Part shown: one piece after another, positions 36,467-50,241 of the stretch | Numbering within the stretch: the stretch's first letter is position 1 | Layout of the letters: the number at the start of each line of letters is the position of its first letter | DNA from: an uncultured Planctomycetales bacterium | GTDB taxonomy: Bacteria > Omnitrophota > Gorgyraeia > Zapsychrales > JBDRMG01 | Reading direction: 5' to 3' | Length of the DNA stretch: 64,000 nucleotides | Assembly: GCA_964478715.1 (NCBI GenBank) | Contig: CAYZIY010000009.1 | Coordinates: forward strand, 4,113-68,112 | The notes under the pieces: model-generated | Seen by the model: the letters and a program-made list of their open reading frames with translations, nothing else | Told to the model about the DNA's origin: nothing | The model's database searches: none | Position numbers and translations under genes: made by a program

Positions 36467-37725
36467 TAACGTCCTATTCTCAATATTTTATTCCCACGCT
36501 AAAGGAAGTTCCCATTGGAACAGAAGCTGCTAGCCATCAGTTGCTACTAAGGGCCGGTATGGTGAACATGCTGACATCAGGCGTTTATTCTTATCTTCCC
36601 TTGGGAATGAAGGTTTTAAACAGATTGGAAAATATTATCCGTCAGGAAATGAACGCTACGGGAGCTATCGAAGTTTTTCTTCCCGTTCTTCAACCTTTGG
36701 ACTTGTGGAAAAAAACCGGGCGTGATCAAACGCTTGCGGATGTCATGATTCGCTATGAAGATAAAAAAGGCCGGGCTATGTGTCTGGGGCCCACTCATGA
36801 AGAGGTCATAACGGATTTGGTGCGGCAATACGTGCAATCTTACCGTAAGCTGCCCTTGGTGCTTTATCAGATTCAGACTAAGTTTCGGGACGAAATGCGT
36901 CCTCGGTTTGGTATTGTCCGCGCTTGTGAATTTATTATGAAGGATGCTTATAGCTTTGATTGCGATCAGGGGGGTCTTAAGAAAAATTATCAAAAGATGT
37001 ACGAGGCCTATACAAAGATATTCTCTCGATGCGATCTTAAAACCGTGATTGTGGAAGCCGACTCTGGTGCTATGGGAGGAGATGTCTCTCATGAATATAT
37101 GGTGGCTGCTCCCATTGGGGAGGATTCTATTTTGATTTGCGAGGGATGCGGATATCAGGACGGGTGCGTAGCAAGACAAAACGAGAATAATCCTTGTCCT
37201 CATTGCAAAAAGAGTTTTCTGAAGAAAATTCCGGCGATAGAACTGGGTCACATTTTTCAATTGGGCACAAAATATAGTCAAGCCTTAGATGCTTGTTTTC
37301 TGGATGAAGTAGGCCAGCGCAGGGAAATGATGATGGGTTGCTACGGTATCGGAGTTAGCCGAATGATTTCCGCCATCGTTGAAACACATTATGATGAAAA
37401 TGGTATTATCTGGCCCCAGGAAGTGGCTCCTTTTGATGTCGAAGTACTTGTTTTGGGGAATACGGACGAGCTTAGGGCGACTTCCCAACAAATAGCAGAA
37501 AACTTAAGTCGACAAGGATTGGATATTCTTATTGATGATCGAGATGGAAGCGCTGGAAAAAAATTTAAAGATGCCGATTTGATCGGAATTCCGATTAGAG
37601 TGATTGTGGGAAAAAGATACGCGAAAGAGAAAAAAGTGGAACTGAAAAAACGGGCTTCAGAGGATGTTCAGACTATATCGATGGAAGAAGTGCGCGCCCA
37701 GATAGAGAAAATAAGACAAGGTTAA
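36463..37725 (+). CDS. proS: prolyl-tRNA synthetase, short form without INS editing domain
   Basis: N-terminus YFIPTLKEVPIGTEAASHQLLLRAGMV matches bacterial ProRS. Class II motifs 2 and 3 and a C-terminal anticodon-binding domain are present. The 420 aa carry a Cys cluster (CEGCGY..GC...PCPHC) where the INS domain normally lies. Confidence 0.8.
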   Translation: MITSYSQYFIPTLKEVPIGTEAASHQLLLRAGMVNMLTSGVYSYLPLGMKVLNRLENIIRQEMNATGAIEVFLPVLQPLDLWKKTGRDQTLADVMIRYEDKKGRAMCLGPTHEEVITDLVRQYVQSYRKLPLVLYQIQTKFRDEMRPRFGIVRACEFIMKDAYSFDCDQGGLKKNYQKMYEAYTKIFSRCDLKTVIVEADSGAMGGDVSHEYMVAAPIGEDSILICEGCGYQDGCVARQNENNPCPHCKKSFLKKIPAIELGHIFQLGTKYSQALDACFLDEVGQRREMMMGCYGIGVSRMISAIVETHYDENGIIWPQEVAPFDVEVLVLGNTDELRATSQQIAENLSRQGLDILIDDRDGSAGKKFKDADLIGIPIRVIVGKRYAKEKKVELKKRASEDVQTISMEEVRAQIEKIRQG

Positions 37726-37727
37726 TC

Positions 37728-38183
37728 ATGGAACACTTAGCTGGACAGATCGGCGAGATTGCGATTCCTCTGGCTCAACGCATAGGTGCAGAGGTTATTG
37801 ATATTCATATCAAGCGAAGCGGTCAGGGGGTCAATATTCAAATCTTCGCTGATAAGATAGCTGGCGGCATCACCGTTGGTGAATGCAGTTCCTTAAACAG
37901 AGAAATCGCTCAACGTATTGAAGAGAAAAATCTCATTAAGGATTTGAACATTCTTGAGGTGTCAAGTCCCGGCATGGATAGGCCTTTAATTACCGTTAAA
38001 GATTTTCTCAGAGTCGTCAATCGTGATGTTCATCTTTATCTCAATGAAGAAGTCGATGGTTCTCAAGAAATTGAAGGACTTATTAAAAAGGTCAGCGAAG
38101 AAAATTTGATGATTGAAAACAGAGGAAATATCTGGACTATTCCCTTTAGAAAAATAAAAAAAGGTAAACAAGTTTATAAATAA
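37728..38183 (+). CDS. rimP: ribosome maturation factor RimP
   Basis: Size and sequence typical of RimP; first gene of the canonical rimP-nusA-infB unit. Confidence 0.8.
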   Translation: MEHLAGQIGEIAIPLAQRIGAEVIDIHIKRSGQGVNIQIFADKIAGGITVGECSSLNREIAQRIEEKNLIKDLNILEVSSPGMDRPLITVKDFLRVVNRDVHLYLNEEVDGSQEIEGLIKKVSEENLMIENRGNIWTIPFRKIKKGKQVYK

Positions 38184-38196
38184 CGAGAGGTTGGTT

Positions 38197-39390
38197 ATGG
38201 ACAGCGAATTATTAATGATTCTTGAGCAACTCGAGAGAGACAAGGGCATCAATAAGGATGTTCTGATTAAGGCGGTTGAGAGCGCTGTTGCCTCTGCTGT
38301 AAAAAAAATCTGGACTATAGACAAGGCGGATGAAATTGAAGTGGTTCTGGACCGTCAAACGGGAAAAATTTCAGCCTATGCTGATGGATCTGAAATAAAG
38401 TCCAAGGATTTTGGTCGGATTGCCGCTCAAACAGCAAAACAGGTTGTAATTCAGAAAATTCGCGAAGCCGAAAAAGACGTAATCTTTAGCGAATTCCATC
38501 AGCGCATTGGCCAGATCGTTAACGGCGGCGTGTATCGTTTTGAAAGAGGAGCCATCGTCGTTGATTTGGGCAAGACTGAAGCCATTATTCCTCGCAGTGA
38601 GCAATCACCCAAAGAGGAATTCAAGCAGGGTAATCGTATTCGCGCTTATGTCCTGGATGTCCGTCGGGAATCCAGGGGGCCGCAGATTATTTTATCTCGG
38701 ACCAATGTCAATTTTGTCAAGCGGCTTTTTGAGTTGGAAGTTCCCGAAATTTACGAAGGGATTGTTGAAATTAAAGCGATTTCTAGAGATCCGGGAGAGC
38801 GTACCAAGATCGCAGTGACCTCTAAAGATGAAAAAGTCGATTGCGTTGGAGCTTGTGTGGGGATGCGGGGCTCTAGAGTCAAAGGGATCGTGACCGAATT
38901 ACATGGGGAAAAAATCGATATCGTACGGTATTCTCTGGATATCAAGGAATTTATACGGGCGGCTTTATCTCCTGCAGAAATCAGCCGGATGCAACTGGAT
39001 AAAGAGAATATGAGAGCCGATATCATTGTCGCCGATGATCAATTATCCTTGACAATCGGCAAGAAAGGGCAGAATATTAGACTAGCTTCTAAATTGGCGG
39101 GATGGGAGCTTAATGTTTTTTCATTTGATCAATGGGCCAAAAAAGAAGCAGGGGGAGCGACAGAAGAGGAGACAGCCCAAGAGAAGCAAGACGAAGAGAA
39201 GTACACGATTTATGATTTACCTGGCGTCGGAGAAAAGCTCCTGACGGCTCTGGAAGAAGCCGGCTATGATAATTTAGAGAAAATCTCTGAGGTCTCTTCT
39301 GATGAATTAATAAAAATAAAGGGATTGGGAAAAGTTAAAGCCGAAGGTCTTATTGATAATGCAAAATTAATGGTAAAGGAGAACGGTTAA
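38197..39390 (+). CDS. nusA: transcription termination/antitermination factor NusA
   Basis: N-terminal RNAP-binding domain, S1 domain, tandem KH domains (GACVGMRGSRVK...) and a C-terminal HhH region. Confidence 0.9.
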   Translation: MDSELLMILEQLERDKGINKDVLIKAVESAVASAVKKIWTIDKADEIEVVLDRQTGKISAYADGSEIKSKDFGRIAAQTAKQVVIQKIREAEKDVIFSEFHQRIGQIVNGGVYRFERGAIVVDLGKTEAIIPRSEQSPKEEFKQGNRIRAYVLDVRRESRGPQIILSRTNVNFVKRLFELEVPEIYEGIVEIKAISRDPGERTKIAVTSKDEKVDCVGACVGMRGSRVKGIVTELHGEKIDIVRYSLDIKEFIRAALSPAEISRMQLDKENMRADIIVADDQLSLTIGKKGQNIRLASKLAGWELNVFSFDQWAKKEAGGATEEETAQEKQDEEKYTIYDLPGVGEKLLTALEEAGYDNLEKISEVSSDELIKIKGLGKVKAEGLIDNAKLMVKENG

Positions 39391-39393
39391 AGC

Positions 39394-41745
39394 ATGCGTG
39401 TTTCTGAGTTAGCGAAAGAGTTGGAAATTAGCGTTGATGATATTCTGAAAAAATTGAAGTCATTGCATATGAAAGCCAAAGGTAAGGGTCAGGATCTTAG
39501 TGGTGCAGCGGTAGCTGTTTTAAGAAGAGAATTTGAAGGGGGCGGCAAGAAGAAAGCAGGTAAAAGCGGGGCGTCTGCTGGGAAAGAGCAAACTGGAAAG
39601 AAATCCGCTGTTTCCACTGAGAAAAAAGTTTCAAAGGCAAAGCCAAAAACAGCCAAAGAGAGTGTGAAGAAAAAGGCGGAGAAATCCAGAGAAGAACCAA
39701 AAGAAAAAAAAGTCGCCAAGAAAAAAGCGGAATCCAAAGCAGTGACCAAGATCAAAAGGGTCAAAAAGAAATTACCGCCAAAAAAGAAACCCAAGAAAGC
39801 TTTACCGAAGAAAAAGGAAGGGAAAGAGGTTAGGCAAAATAAGTCCAGTGAGCCAGAATCGTCTACTGTCCAGAAAGAGCAACCGCAACCAAAACACGAA
39901 ATCAAAGCCGATCAACCTACAAAGCCTGCTGAGGAAAAATCCCAACAACAACCATCGAAATTTCCTGAAGTCGAGAAAGAGGTCTCTTTAAAAGAGGTTG
40001 AGATTCCTATTCCTATTGCCGTAAAAGATCTAGCTGTTAGGATTCAGGAAAAGCCCAGCTTGATCCTCAAGGAATTGATGAAGATGGGAATCTTTGTCAA
40101 CATCAATCAGGCTTTGGGTGAAGATATTCTTAATAAGATTGCCGATAAATTTCATTTTAAAGTTTCCAAGGAAAAGACGAAAGAAGAAAAAATCATTCAT
40201 AAGCATCGTCTGGCGGATGAGGATACTTCAGCGTTGCAAAACCGACCGCCGGTGATCACATTTATGGGTCATGTAGATCACGGAAAGACATCTCTGCTGG
40301 ATAAAATTCGTAAAAGTAAGCTAACAGATAAAGAACACGGAGGTATTACCCAGCATATCGGAGCCTATTCCGTTCCTTTCGAGAAAGGCTCTATCACATT
40401 TCTTGATACTCCCGGACATGAGGCATTTACCTCCATGCGAGCTCGTGGGGCGCATATTACGGATTTGATTATTCTTGTGATTGCCGCTGACGAAGGTGTC
40501 ATGCCGCAAACGGAAGAAGCCATCGATCACGCTAGGGCGGCTCAAGTTCCCATTGTTGTGGCTCTCAATAAAATTGACAAACGCAATGCCGACCCTGATC
40601 GTGTTAAAAAACAATTAGCCGATCGAGATCTCAATCCCGAGGAATGGGGAGGAAAAACGATTGTGGTTGGGGTTTCCGCCATAACCGGAGAGGGTACTGA
40701 TCGTTTACTGGAAATGATTTTACTGGAGGCCGAACTGCTCGAGTTAAAGGCCAACTACGAAAAGCTGGCTACGGGTATTATCGTTGAGGCTAAGGTTTCT
40801 CACGGCAAAGGAGCCATAGCTTCTGTTGTTGTGCAGAATGGAACACTTAGAGAAGGAGATACGATTATCGTTGGACCTCATTGGTGCAAGGTTAAGGCGA
40901 TGTTTGATGATCACGAAAGATCCATCAAGAAGGCCACTCCCGGTATGCCGGCGGAAATTTTAGGTCTTTCCGGGGTTCCGGAAGCTGGCGATATATTTTA
41001 TGCTATTGAAGACGAAAAGGAAGCCCGGCAGATTGCCGCCCAGAGGCAAACAGAACTTCGTAATAAAAAACTACAATCCACTCAAAAAGTCAGTCTAGAA
41101 GATCTCTATTCTAGGATTCAAGAAGGATCCATTAAAGAGTTGAATCTCATCATTAAGGCCGATGTTCAGGGAACCCTGGAGGCTCTCAAAGATAATCTGA
41201 ATAAGATTTCTCATCCCGATGTGCAGATCAAAATGATCCATACCGGTATTGGTGTTGTCAATGCCTCTGATATTATTTTGGCTCAGGCCTCCGATGCCAT
41301 CATTATCGGCTTCAATGTTGAAACAGGTCCTCGGGCCAAAGAGGAGTTGAGCAAAAAACCTGTCGATATCCGGACATACCGAGTGATCTATGATGCCATC
41401 AGGGATATTCGTAATGCGCTTGAAGGTCTCTTGGAGCCAAAGAAGAAAAAGAATTTTCTGGCTAAGATTGAAATTAGGCAGGTCTTTAAACTCAGCAAGT
41501 CTGGTATTGTGGCGGGTTGTTTTGTCAAGAAAGGAAAAGTACACCGCAAAGCCAAAATCGATATTGTGCGCAACGGAGATATTATTTATTCGGGAACAAT
41601 CGCTTCGCTCAAACGTTTTAAAGACGATGTTAGGGAAGTCAGTGAAGGCTTTGAATGCGGGATCACCATTCAGGGGTTTTCGGATATTCAGCCGGGCGAT
41701 ATGATCGAAGCCTATGAAATGGAAATCATTGCAAGGACACTATGA
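39394..41745 (+). CDS. infB: translation initiation factor IF-2
   Basis: Lys-rich N-terminal region; GTPase G1-G4 ([25 protein letters not shown]). Confidence 0.9.
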   Translation: MRVSELAKELEISVDDILKKLKSLHMKAKGKGQDLSGAAVAVLRREFEGGGKKKAGKSGASAGKEQTGKKSAVSTEKKVSKAKPKTAKESVKKKAEKSREEPKEKKVAKKKAESKAVTKIKRVKKKLPPKKKPKKALPKKKEGKEVRQNKSSEPESSTVQKEQPQPKHEIKADQPTKPAEEKSQQQPSKFPEVEKEVSLKEVEIPIPIAVKDLAVRIQEKPSLILKELMKMGIFVNINQALGEDILNKIADKFHFKVSKEKTKEEKIIHKHRLADEDTSALQNRPPVITFMGHVDHGKTSLLDKIRKSKLTDKEHGGITQHIGAYSVPFEKGSITFLDTPGHEAFTSMRARGAHITDLIILVIAADEGVMPQTEEAIDHARAAQVPIVVALNKIDKRNADPDRVKKQLADRDLNPEEWGGKTIVVGVSAITGEGTDRLLEMILLEAELLELKANYEKLATGIIVEAKVSHGKGAIASVVVQNGTLREGDTIIVGPHWCKVKAMFDDHERSIKKATPGMPAEILGLSGVPEAGDIFYAIEDEKEARQIAAQRQTELRNKKLQSTQKVSLEDLYSRIQEGSIKELNLIIKADVQGTLEALKDNLNKISHPDVQIKMIHTGIGVVNASDIILAQASDAIIIGFNVETGPRAKEELSKKPVDIRTYRVIYDAIRDIRNALEGLLEPKKKKNFLAKIEIRQVFKLSKSGIVAGCFVKKGKVHRKAKIDIVRNGDIIYSGTIASLKRFKDDVREVSEGFECGITIQGFSDIQPGDMIEAYEMEIIARTL

Positions 41746-42725
41746 GAAAACGAGTTTTTAGCGGTATGCGGCCGACAGGCCAGTTACATTTGGGGCATTT
41801 GGTGGGAGCATTAGAAAATTGGGTTAAGCTTCAGGAGGAATATGACTGTATTTTCGGTATCGTCGATTGGCATGCTCTTATGAGCGAATATGAAAACAGT
41901 CAGGAGATTAATCATTATATCGCGGAAATGGCTCTTGACTGGATTGCCTGCGGATTGGATCCCAACCGCTCGGTGATTTTTGTTCAGTCGCATGTACCTG
42001 AGCATTTGGAGTTAAGCATGATATTCGGATGCTTGACTCCTCTGGGATGGCTTGAGAGAAATCCGACCTACAAAGAACAGCTTCGAGAAATCAAAACACG
42101 CGATCTGCAAACCTTCGGATTTCTGGGTTATCCTGTTTTGCAGGCTGCCGATATTCTTGTTTACAAGGCTCAGGCAGTTCCTATTGGTGAAGATCAACTG
42201 CCGCATATTGAATTAACCCGCGAAATCGCCCGCAAGTTTAATCATACGTATCAAAGTGAAGTTTTTTCAGACTGCGAGGGGATCTTGACTCAAACGCCTC
42301 GGCTTTTGGGAATAGATAATCGCAAAATGAGCAAAAGTTACAATAACGCGATTAATCTTTCCGATGATCAAGAAACGGTCAGAAAAAAAATTCAGTCTAT
42401 GGTGACTGATCCGCAGCGGATCAGAAAAACCGATCCCGGTCATCCTGATATCTGCAATGTTTACTGCTATTATAAAGTCTTTTATCCTGAGAAAACAGAA
42501 GAAGTCTGCCGGTGGTGTACGAAAGCCGAAAAAGGGTGCACTCAGTGCAAGCAAATACTGGCTGATAAAATGATAGAAATCCTTACGCCTATTCAGCAGA
42601 GAAGGAGCGCCTTGGGAAAAGATAAAGATCGTATACAGGATATTCTGGCTATCGGCGCCAAAAAAGCCAGAGCCATTGCCCAGGAAACGATGAAAGAAGT
42701 TCGAAAGGTTGTATTAGGTCTATGA
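41742..42725 (+). CDS. trpS: tryptophanyl-tRNA synthetase
   Basis: GMRPTGQLHLGH (HIGH) and KMSKS motifs. Confidence 0.9.
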   Translation: MRKRVFSGMRPTGQLHLGHLVGALENWVKLQEEYDCIFGIVDWHALMSEYENSQEINHYIAEMALDWIACGLDPNRSVIFVQSHVPEHLELSMIFGCLTPLGWLERNPTYKEQLREIKTRDLQTFGFLGYPVLQAADILVYKAQAVPIGEDQLPHIELTREIARKFNHTYQSEVFSDCEGILTQTPRLLGIDNRKMSKSYNNAINLSDDQETVRKKIQSMVTDPQRIRKTDPGHPDICNVYCYYKVFYPEKTEEVCRWCTKAEKGCTQCKQILADKMIEILTPIQQRRSALGKDKDRIQDILAIGAKKARAIAQETMKEVRKVVLGL

Positions 42726-43504
42726 GCTACAAATTAAAACTGGAGATGTTTGAAGGCCCTTTGGATCTTTTGCTCTATTTAATAAAGAAAGATCAGATTA
42801 ATATCTGCGATATTCCTATCACAGAAGTGACCGAACAATATATGCAGTATTTGGAGTTGATGAAAATGATGGATCTGGATATCGTGGGTGATTTCTTGGT
42901 GATGGCGGCCACTCTCATGCAGATCAAATCTCGCATGTTGCTGCCCCCAGACCCTGCTCAAGAAGAAGCGCTCGAGGAAGATCCGCGTGATGAACTGGTT
43001 CGTCGCCTGCTGGAGTATAAGAAATTCAAGGAAATTGCCGAAGAACTCAGAGAGAAAGAGACTGTGAGAAAAGATTATTTTTCTCGAACGCAAGAAACAG
43101 AACTTGCCAGAGAATACAAAGAGGATGCAAAGGAAATCTATTTTGAAGCCAGTCTTTTCGATCTGATAACCGCTTTCAGCCAGGTCTTAAAGAATGTCCC
43201 CCGGGAAACCTTTTACCAAGTGATTAAAGAAGAGCATACCGTCGAGCAAAAGATTCATGATATTTTACATTTGCTTTTGGAGGAATCAAAAGTTCTTCTG
43301 AAAGATTTATTTCAAAATGCCCGCAGTCGGATGGAGATCATCGTGATCTTTATGGCGATTTTGGAGCTGATTCGTCTCAGGGAAATCAAAGCGATCCAGA
43401 AAAGACTTTTTGATGATATCCTTATTGTTCGCAATAAGGAAAATATGATAGCCGCCAGTGATAATCAGAAATCTGCCGATGAAGAAGAAGCAACAAATCC
43501 ATAA
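42722..43504 (+). CDS. scpA: segregation and condensation protein A
   Basis: FEGPLDLLLYLIKKDQINICDIPITEVTEQY matches ScpA. Confidence 0.85.
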   Translation: MSYKLKLEMFEGPLDLLLYLIKKDQINICDIPITEVTEQYMQYLELMKMMDLDIVGDFLVMAATLMQIKSRMLLPPDPAQEEALEEDPRDELVRRLLEYKKFKEIAEELREKETVRKDYFSRTQETELAREYKEDAKEIYFEASLFDLITAFSQVLKNVPRETFYQVIKEEHTVEQKIHDILHLLLEESKVLLKDLFQNARSRMEIIVIFMAILELIRLREIKAIQKRLFDDILIVRNKENMIAASDNQKSADEEEATNP

Positions 43505-44549
43505 ACAGCGAGAACGCCTTATTGTTAATCAGGAAACAGATGATGATGTCATTGTCGGTTTGTCGCTGAGGCCGTCCAAGCTTGAAGACTTTGTGGGGCA
43601 GGCCGATGTGATTGAAAATCTGCGGGTAGCCATTGAGGCCGCTCGGCAGCGTCAGGAACCGCTTGAGCATATTCTTTTTAGCGGTCCTCCGGGATTGGGA
43701 AAAACGACCCTAGCCTATATCATCGCACATGAAATGAAAAGCCGCATTACGGTCACATCCGGTCCCGCAATTGATCGGGCCGGTGATTTTATCGGGATTC
43801 TAACGAATCTGGAAGCGGGAGATGTGCTTTTCATCGATGAGATTCACCGGCTGTCAAAAACTGTTGAGGAGTTTCTTTATCCGGCCATGGAGAATTATCA
43901 AATAGACTTTGTGGTTGATAAAGGACCGTATGCTCGCACTATTAAATTTAATCTCAAACCCTTCACGCTCATTGGGGCCACAACCCGAAGCGGACTTCTG
44001 GCCTCACCGTTGAGGGATCGCTTCGGCATCTTTCAGCATCTGGATTTCTATGATATCAATGATTTAAGTCAAATTATAATGAATTCGGCTCAGAAGCTTA
44101 ATCTTAAAATTGCCCCCAAGACAACCGAGATGATCGCCGTTCGCTCAAGGGGCACTCCTCGGATTGCCAATCGGCTGTTGCGCCGCGTTAGGGATTACGC
44201 GCAGGTTAAAACTAAAGATTCTCATGTCACTGATGAAATTGTAGATCGGTGCATGAATGCTTTGGGAATTGATTCCGCCGGTCTGGATGAAGCCGATCGC
44301 AGGCTTCTTTTGGCTTTGTATAAACATTATCACGGAGGTCCGGTTGGGATTGAAGCTTTGGCCGCTTCCATAAGCGAAGAAGCGGATACCATTGTTGATG
44401 TGATCGAACCGTTTTTAATCAAAAGAGGATTTCTTCGTCGTACAAATCGTGGTCGACAATTAACCAAAGACGCTGCACTGCATCTGGATCTCAAGCCTTT
44501 CTGCGCATCTCAGAGTCAAAAAGATTTATTTAAATCAAGAACAAAATAA
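43479..44549 (+). CDS. ruvB: Holliday junction branch-migration helicase RuvB
   Basis: LRP..L.DFVGQ, Walker A GPPGLGKTTLA, DEIHRL and the sensor region. Confidence 0.9.
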   Translation: MKKKQQIHKQRERLIVNQETDDDVIVGLSLRPSKLEDFVGQADVIENLRVAIEAARQRQEPLEHILFSGPPGLGKTTLAYIIAHEMKSRITVTSGPAIDRAGDFIGILTNLEAGDVLFIDEIHRLSKTVEEFLYPAMENYQIDFVVDKGPYARTIKFNLKPFTLIGATTRSGLLASPLRDRFGIFQHLDFYDINDLSQIIMNSAQKLNLKIAPKTTEMIAVRSRGTPRIANRLLRRVRDYAQVKTKDSHVTDEIVDRCMNALGIDSAGLDEADRRLLLALYKHYHGGPVGIEALAASISEEADTIVDVIEPFLIKRGFLRRTNRGRQLTKDAALHLDLKPFCASQSQKDLFKSRTK

Positions 44550-44562
44550 TTATTGATAAACG

Positions 44563-44778
44563 ATGATGAATATCGCCAAAACATTAATTGTGACCGGATC
44601 ATTGATTGTTCTGATAGGATTAGTCGTTAGCTTAATGGAGAAGGTTTCTGGTGTCGGGAAGCTTCCGGGAGATATTATAATTAAACGGGAAGATTTCACC
44701 TTTTATTTTCCAATAACTACCTGCATCTTAATCAGTGTTTTCTTGAGTGCAGTTTTATTTATTTTATCAAGAAAATGA
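44563..44778 (+). CDS. small membrane protein, DUF2905-like
   Basis: 71 aa with two TM helices flanking a GKLPGDIII segment. Confidence 0.5.
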   Translation: MMNIAKTLIVTGSLIVLIGLVVSLMEKVSGVGKLPGDIIIKREDFTFYFPITTCILISVFLSAVLFILSRK

Positions 44779-45930
44779 GTCCGATATTTCCTCACCGATT
44801 TAAAACAACTGTTATTTGGAGTCTGGCCTTTTCTTTTTTGTTAGCCGGATTTCAAGCGATAGCCGAGGCTAAGTCTTATACCGTTAGAGTAGCTATTTTA
44901 AAAGATGTAAAAAGTTTTCCTCTTTCGGTCAGGGGCGTCTATTCGATCATCGACCAGAATAATCAACGGGAAATCACAAGCCGAAAACGAATAGATTCAA
45001 TTATTATTGAAGCAGGCGAGTGGGGGATACGATTAGGTGAAGAGAAAATTATAAGCCGCCATCTTTTTATTCAACCCGGATGGCGTTCTGTTATTGAAAT
45101 TAATGGAAGGCGATTTCGTGGTGGTATTTCCATTATCAAGCAATCGTCGGGACTCTTAACGGTTGTTAACGCAGTTGACTTAGAGGAATATATTAAAGGG
45201 GTGTTGTATCACGAAGTTTCTCATCGTTGGCCGTTAGAGGCGATTAAGGCCCAGGCCGTTGCCGCTCGTACCTATGCTTTGTACCGGATGAGTCAAAATA
45301 GATCCCGGGATTATGATTTGACCAATGATATTTACTCCCAGGTTTACGGTGGGCGTAATAGCGAACGCTATAGAACCAGCATCGCGGTGGAGCGCACGCG
45401 GGGAATGATTTTAATTTATGATAGAAAGATATTGCCGGCTTATTTCCATGCCACATGCGGTGGACACACGGAAGATGCTAGTGAGCTTTGGGATGAAGAT
45501 CTAAGGCCTTTAAAAGGGCGATCCTGTCCTTACTGTCGACATTCTCCTCATTATCTATGGAAAAAGAACTTTCAGCTGAAAGAGATCCAGGAAAAACTCA
45601 ATGAAGCCGGATATAGCTTATGGTTGATAAAAGACATCCGGGTGCTTGATCGAAATCAAAGCGGACGCATTAAAATGATTCAAATCACGACCCGCGATAA
45701 TAAAAGCATTACGCTCTCAGGTAAGAAATTCCGCTCGATCATCGGCCCCAATATCATTAAGAGCAATAATTACGAGCCGATCATGAAAGGCTACTATATG
45801 GATCTGATCGGAAAAGGTTGGGGACATGGCGTAGGCCTTTGTCAATGGGGAGCTAATTTCATGGCACGGCAACGTTTTGAATATCGGGATATTTTAGAAT
45901 TTTATTATCCGGGCGCTTATATTCAAAATT

Positions 45931-45956
<26 letters not shown>
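44775..45956 (+). CDS. SpoIID/LytB-domain protein (peptidoglycan lytic-enzyme or amidase-enhancer family)
   Basis: N-terminal signal peptide; LEEYIKGVLYHEVSHRWPLEAIKAQAVAARTYALYRM and a YHATCGGHTE segment are typical of the SpoIID/LytB domain. Confidence 0.75.
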
Positions 45957-48763
<2,807 letters not shown>

Positions 48764-48782
48764 AGTTGCGCAGGAGGTTATC

Positions 48783-49145
48783 ATGGTTGTTGCAAATATG
48801 GCTGAGAAAATTAGACTCATTGAATCCAAATATATAAGGAATGATATTCCTGATTTTGCCGTTGGAGACAGTGTTAAAATGATGGTGAAAGTTGTCGAGG
48901 GAGAAAAGATCCGTCTTCATCCTTTTGAGGGAACCGTCATTCGCAAAACAAGGAAAGGCCTTAAGGGCACTTTTACCATCCGGAAGATATCATACGGCGA
49001 AGGAGTGGAGCGTATTTTTCCTTTACATTCTCCAACCATTGAAAGCCTGGAAGTTGTCCGTAAAGGAAAAGTCCGCCGATCGCGTCTCTATTACTTGAGA
49101 GGACGAGTCGGAAAGAGAACCCGCGTGAAAAAGGCCGATGCTTGA
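48783..49145 (+). CDS. rplS: 50S ribosomal protein L19
   Basis: DIPDFAVGDSVKM...EGEKIRLHPFEGTVI.K...G.TFT.RKISYG.GVER.FPLHSP. Confidence 0.9.
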   Translation: MVVANMAEKIRLIESKYIRNDIPDFAVGDSVKMMVKVVEGEKIRLHPFEGTVIRKTRKGLKGTFTIRKISYGEGVERIFPLHSPTIESLEVVRKGKVRRSRLYYLRGRVGKRTRVKKADA

Positions 49146-49155
49146 ATTTTAAAGC

Positions 49156-49782
49156 ATGCTTTATTTCGAAAATAAAGCAAAGCGAAAAGGATTTTCCGTT
49201 GTCATTGGTGTTGATGAAGCCGGACGCGGACCTTTGGCAGGTCCCGTTGTTGCGGCTGCTGTTTTCCCTGCCCAGAAAAAATTTAAAAACAAAATTATTG
49301 ATTCCAAACTATTGAGTTTCGCTCAAAGGGAAGCTGCGTTTGAGGAAATTTTTAAGAAAGCGATTATCGGTGTGGCCGCGGTCAGCGAACAGACCATTGA
49401 CAGATTGAATATCCTCCGGGCGACTCATTTAGCCATGTCTGCTGCGATTCGTCGATTAATTGATCAATTTCCTTTAATGGAAAGAAATCAGTCTTATTTA
49501 GAGCGAGAAATATGTTTATTGATCGACGGAAACTCTTTCGAGACCGAACTCCCTTTTACTAAACAACTGATTGTCGGGGGCGATCGGAAAAGTTTTTCTA
49601 TCGCTTGTGCCTCTATTGTTGCCAAAGTGAGCCGGGATCGCCTGATGCTGGCTTATCATCGACGATGGCCGCATTATGGCTTTAGTCATCACAAGGGATA
49701 TCCCACTGCCGGTCATCGCGAGGCGATCAGGAAATACGGGCTTCTTAGTATTCACCGCAAAACATTTCAGTTAAGCAGATGA
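49156..49782 (+). CDS. rnhB: ribonuclease HII
   Basis: VIGVDEAGRGPLAGPVVAAAV. Confidence 0.9.
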   Translation: MLYFENKAKRKGFSVVIGVDEAGRGPLAGPVVAAAVFPAQKKFKNKIIDSKLLSFAQREAAFEEIFKKAIIGVAAVSEQTIDRLNILRATHLAMSAAIRRLIDQFPLMERNQSYLEREICLLIDGNSFETELPFTKQLIVGGDRKSFSIACASIVAKVSRDRLMLAYHRRWPHYGFSHHKGYPTAGHREAIRKYGLLSIHRKTFQLSR

Positions 49783-50162
49783 CGTTTCGTCGCAAACAAT
49801 TGGGCCAAGAAGGAGAACACCTTGCTGAAGCATTTCTACTAAAAAAGGGATATCGAATTATTGAAAGGAACTATCGCACACCTTTGGGTGAGCTTGACCT
49901 GATTGCCGAACAAAATCGCGTGATCTGCTTTATTGAAGTGAAAACCAGAGAGGATTCCCGGTATGGCCTTCCCCAGGAATCGATAACTCCAAGAAAACAG
50001 AGGAAACTAACCAAATCGGCTTTGGTTTATTTAAAAGAGCATCATTTACTTGAACGTGAGGCCCGATTCGATATTGTGGCTATTTGTCCTAATAAAGAAG
50101 ACCCCCATCGAATTTATCTGATACAAAACGCCTTTGAAGCCGTCTCGCCGTATGCCTATTGA
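49779..50162 (+). CDS. yraN: YraN-family (UPF0102) predicted endonuclease
   Basis: GEHLAEAFLLKKGYRIIERNYRTPLGELDLIAE....ICFIEVKTR. Confidence 0.8.
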   Translation: MTFRRKQLGQEGEHLAEAFLLKKGYRIIERNYRTPLGELDLIAEQNRVICFIEVKTREDSRYGLPQESITPRKQRKLTKSALVYLKEHHLLEREARFDIVAICPNKEDPHRIYLIQNAFEAVSPYAY

Positions 50163-50186
50163 TCAAAACTTTTCAAAAAGAGGTGA

Positions 50187-50241
50187 AAAGTGCAAAGATT
50201 CTGTTGAAAATAATCGGCTCATGGAGTAAGATAAAGTGCAA
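50187..50241 (+). promoter_or_regulatory. candidate promoter TTGAAA-N17-TAAGAT (50204-50232) flanked by two copies of AAAGTGCAA (50187-50195 and 50233-50241)
   Basis: Read directly from the sequence. One repeat copy lies just upstream of -35 and one immediately downstream of -10, an operator-like arrangement. It precedes the FTCD-like/folD pair. Confidence 0.35.

Noticed and set aside
36616-37281. 221-aa antisense ORF inside proS, and similar long minus-strand ORFs such as 56337-57146 (in glgA), 31417-31860 (in uppS), 32847-33314 (cdsA/dxr) and 22189-22659 (lptC/A)
   Set aside because: Each is fully embedded opposite a confidently identified, conserved plus-strand gene. Their translations are low-complexity and rich in rare residues, and none has a ribosome-binding site or promoter context. 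They are typical shadow ORFs.
49148-49161. 14-bp perfect palindrome TAAAGCATGCTTTA spanning the rnhB start codon
   Set aside because: Probably coincidental around ATG. It is short and AT-rich, with no second copy noticed.
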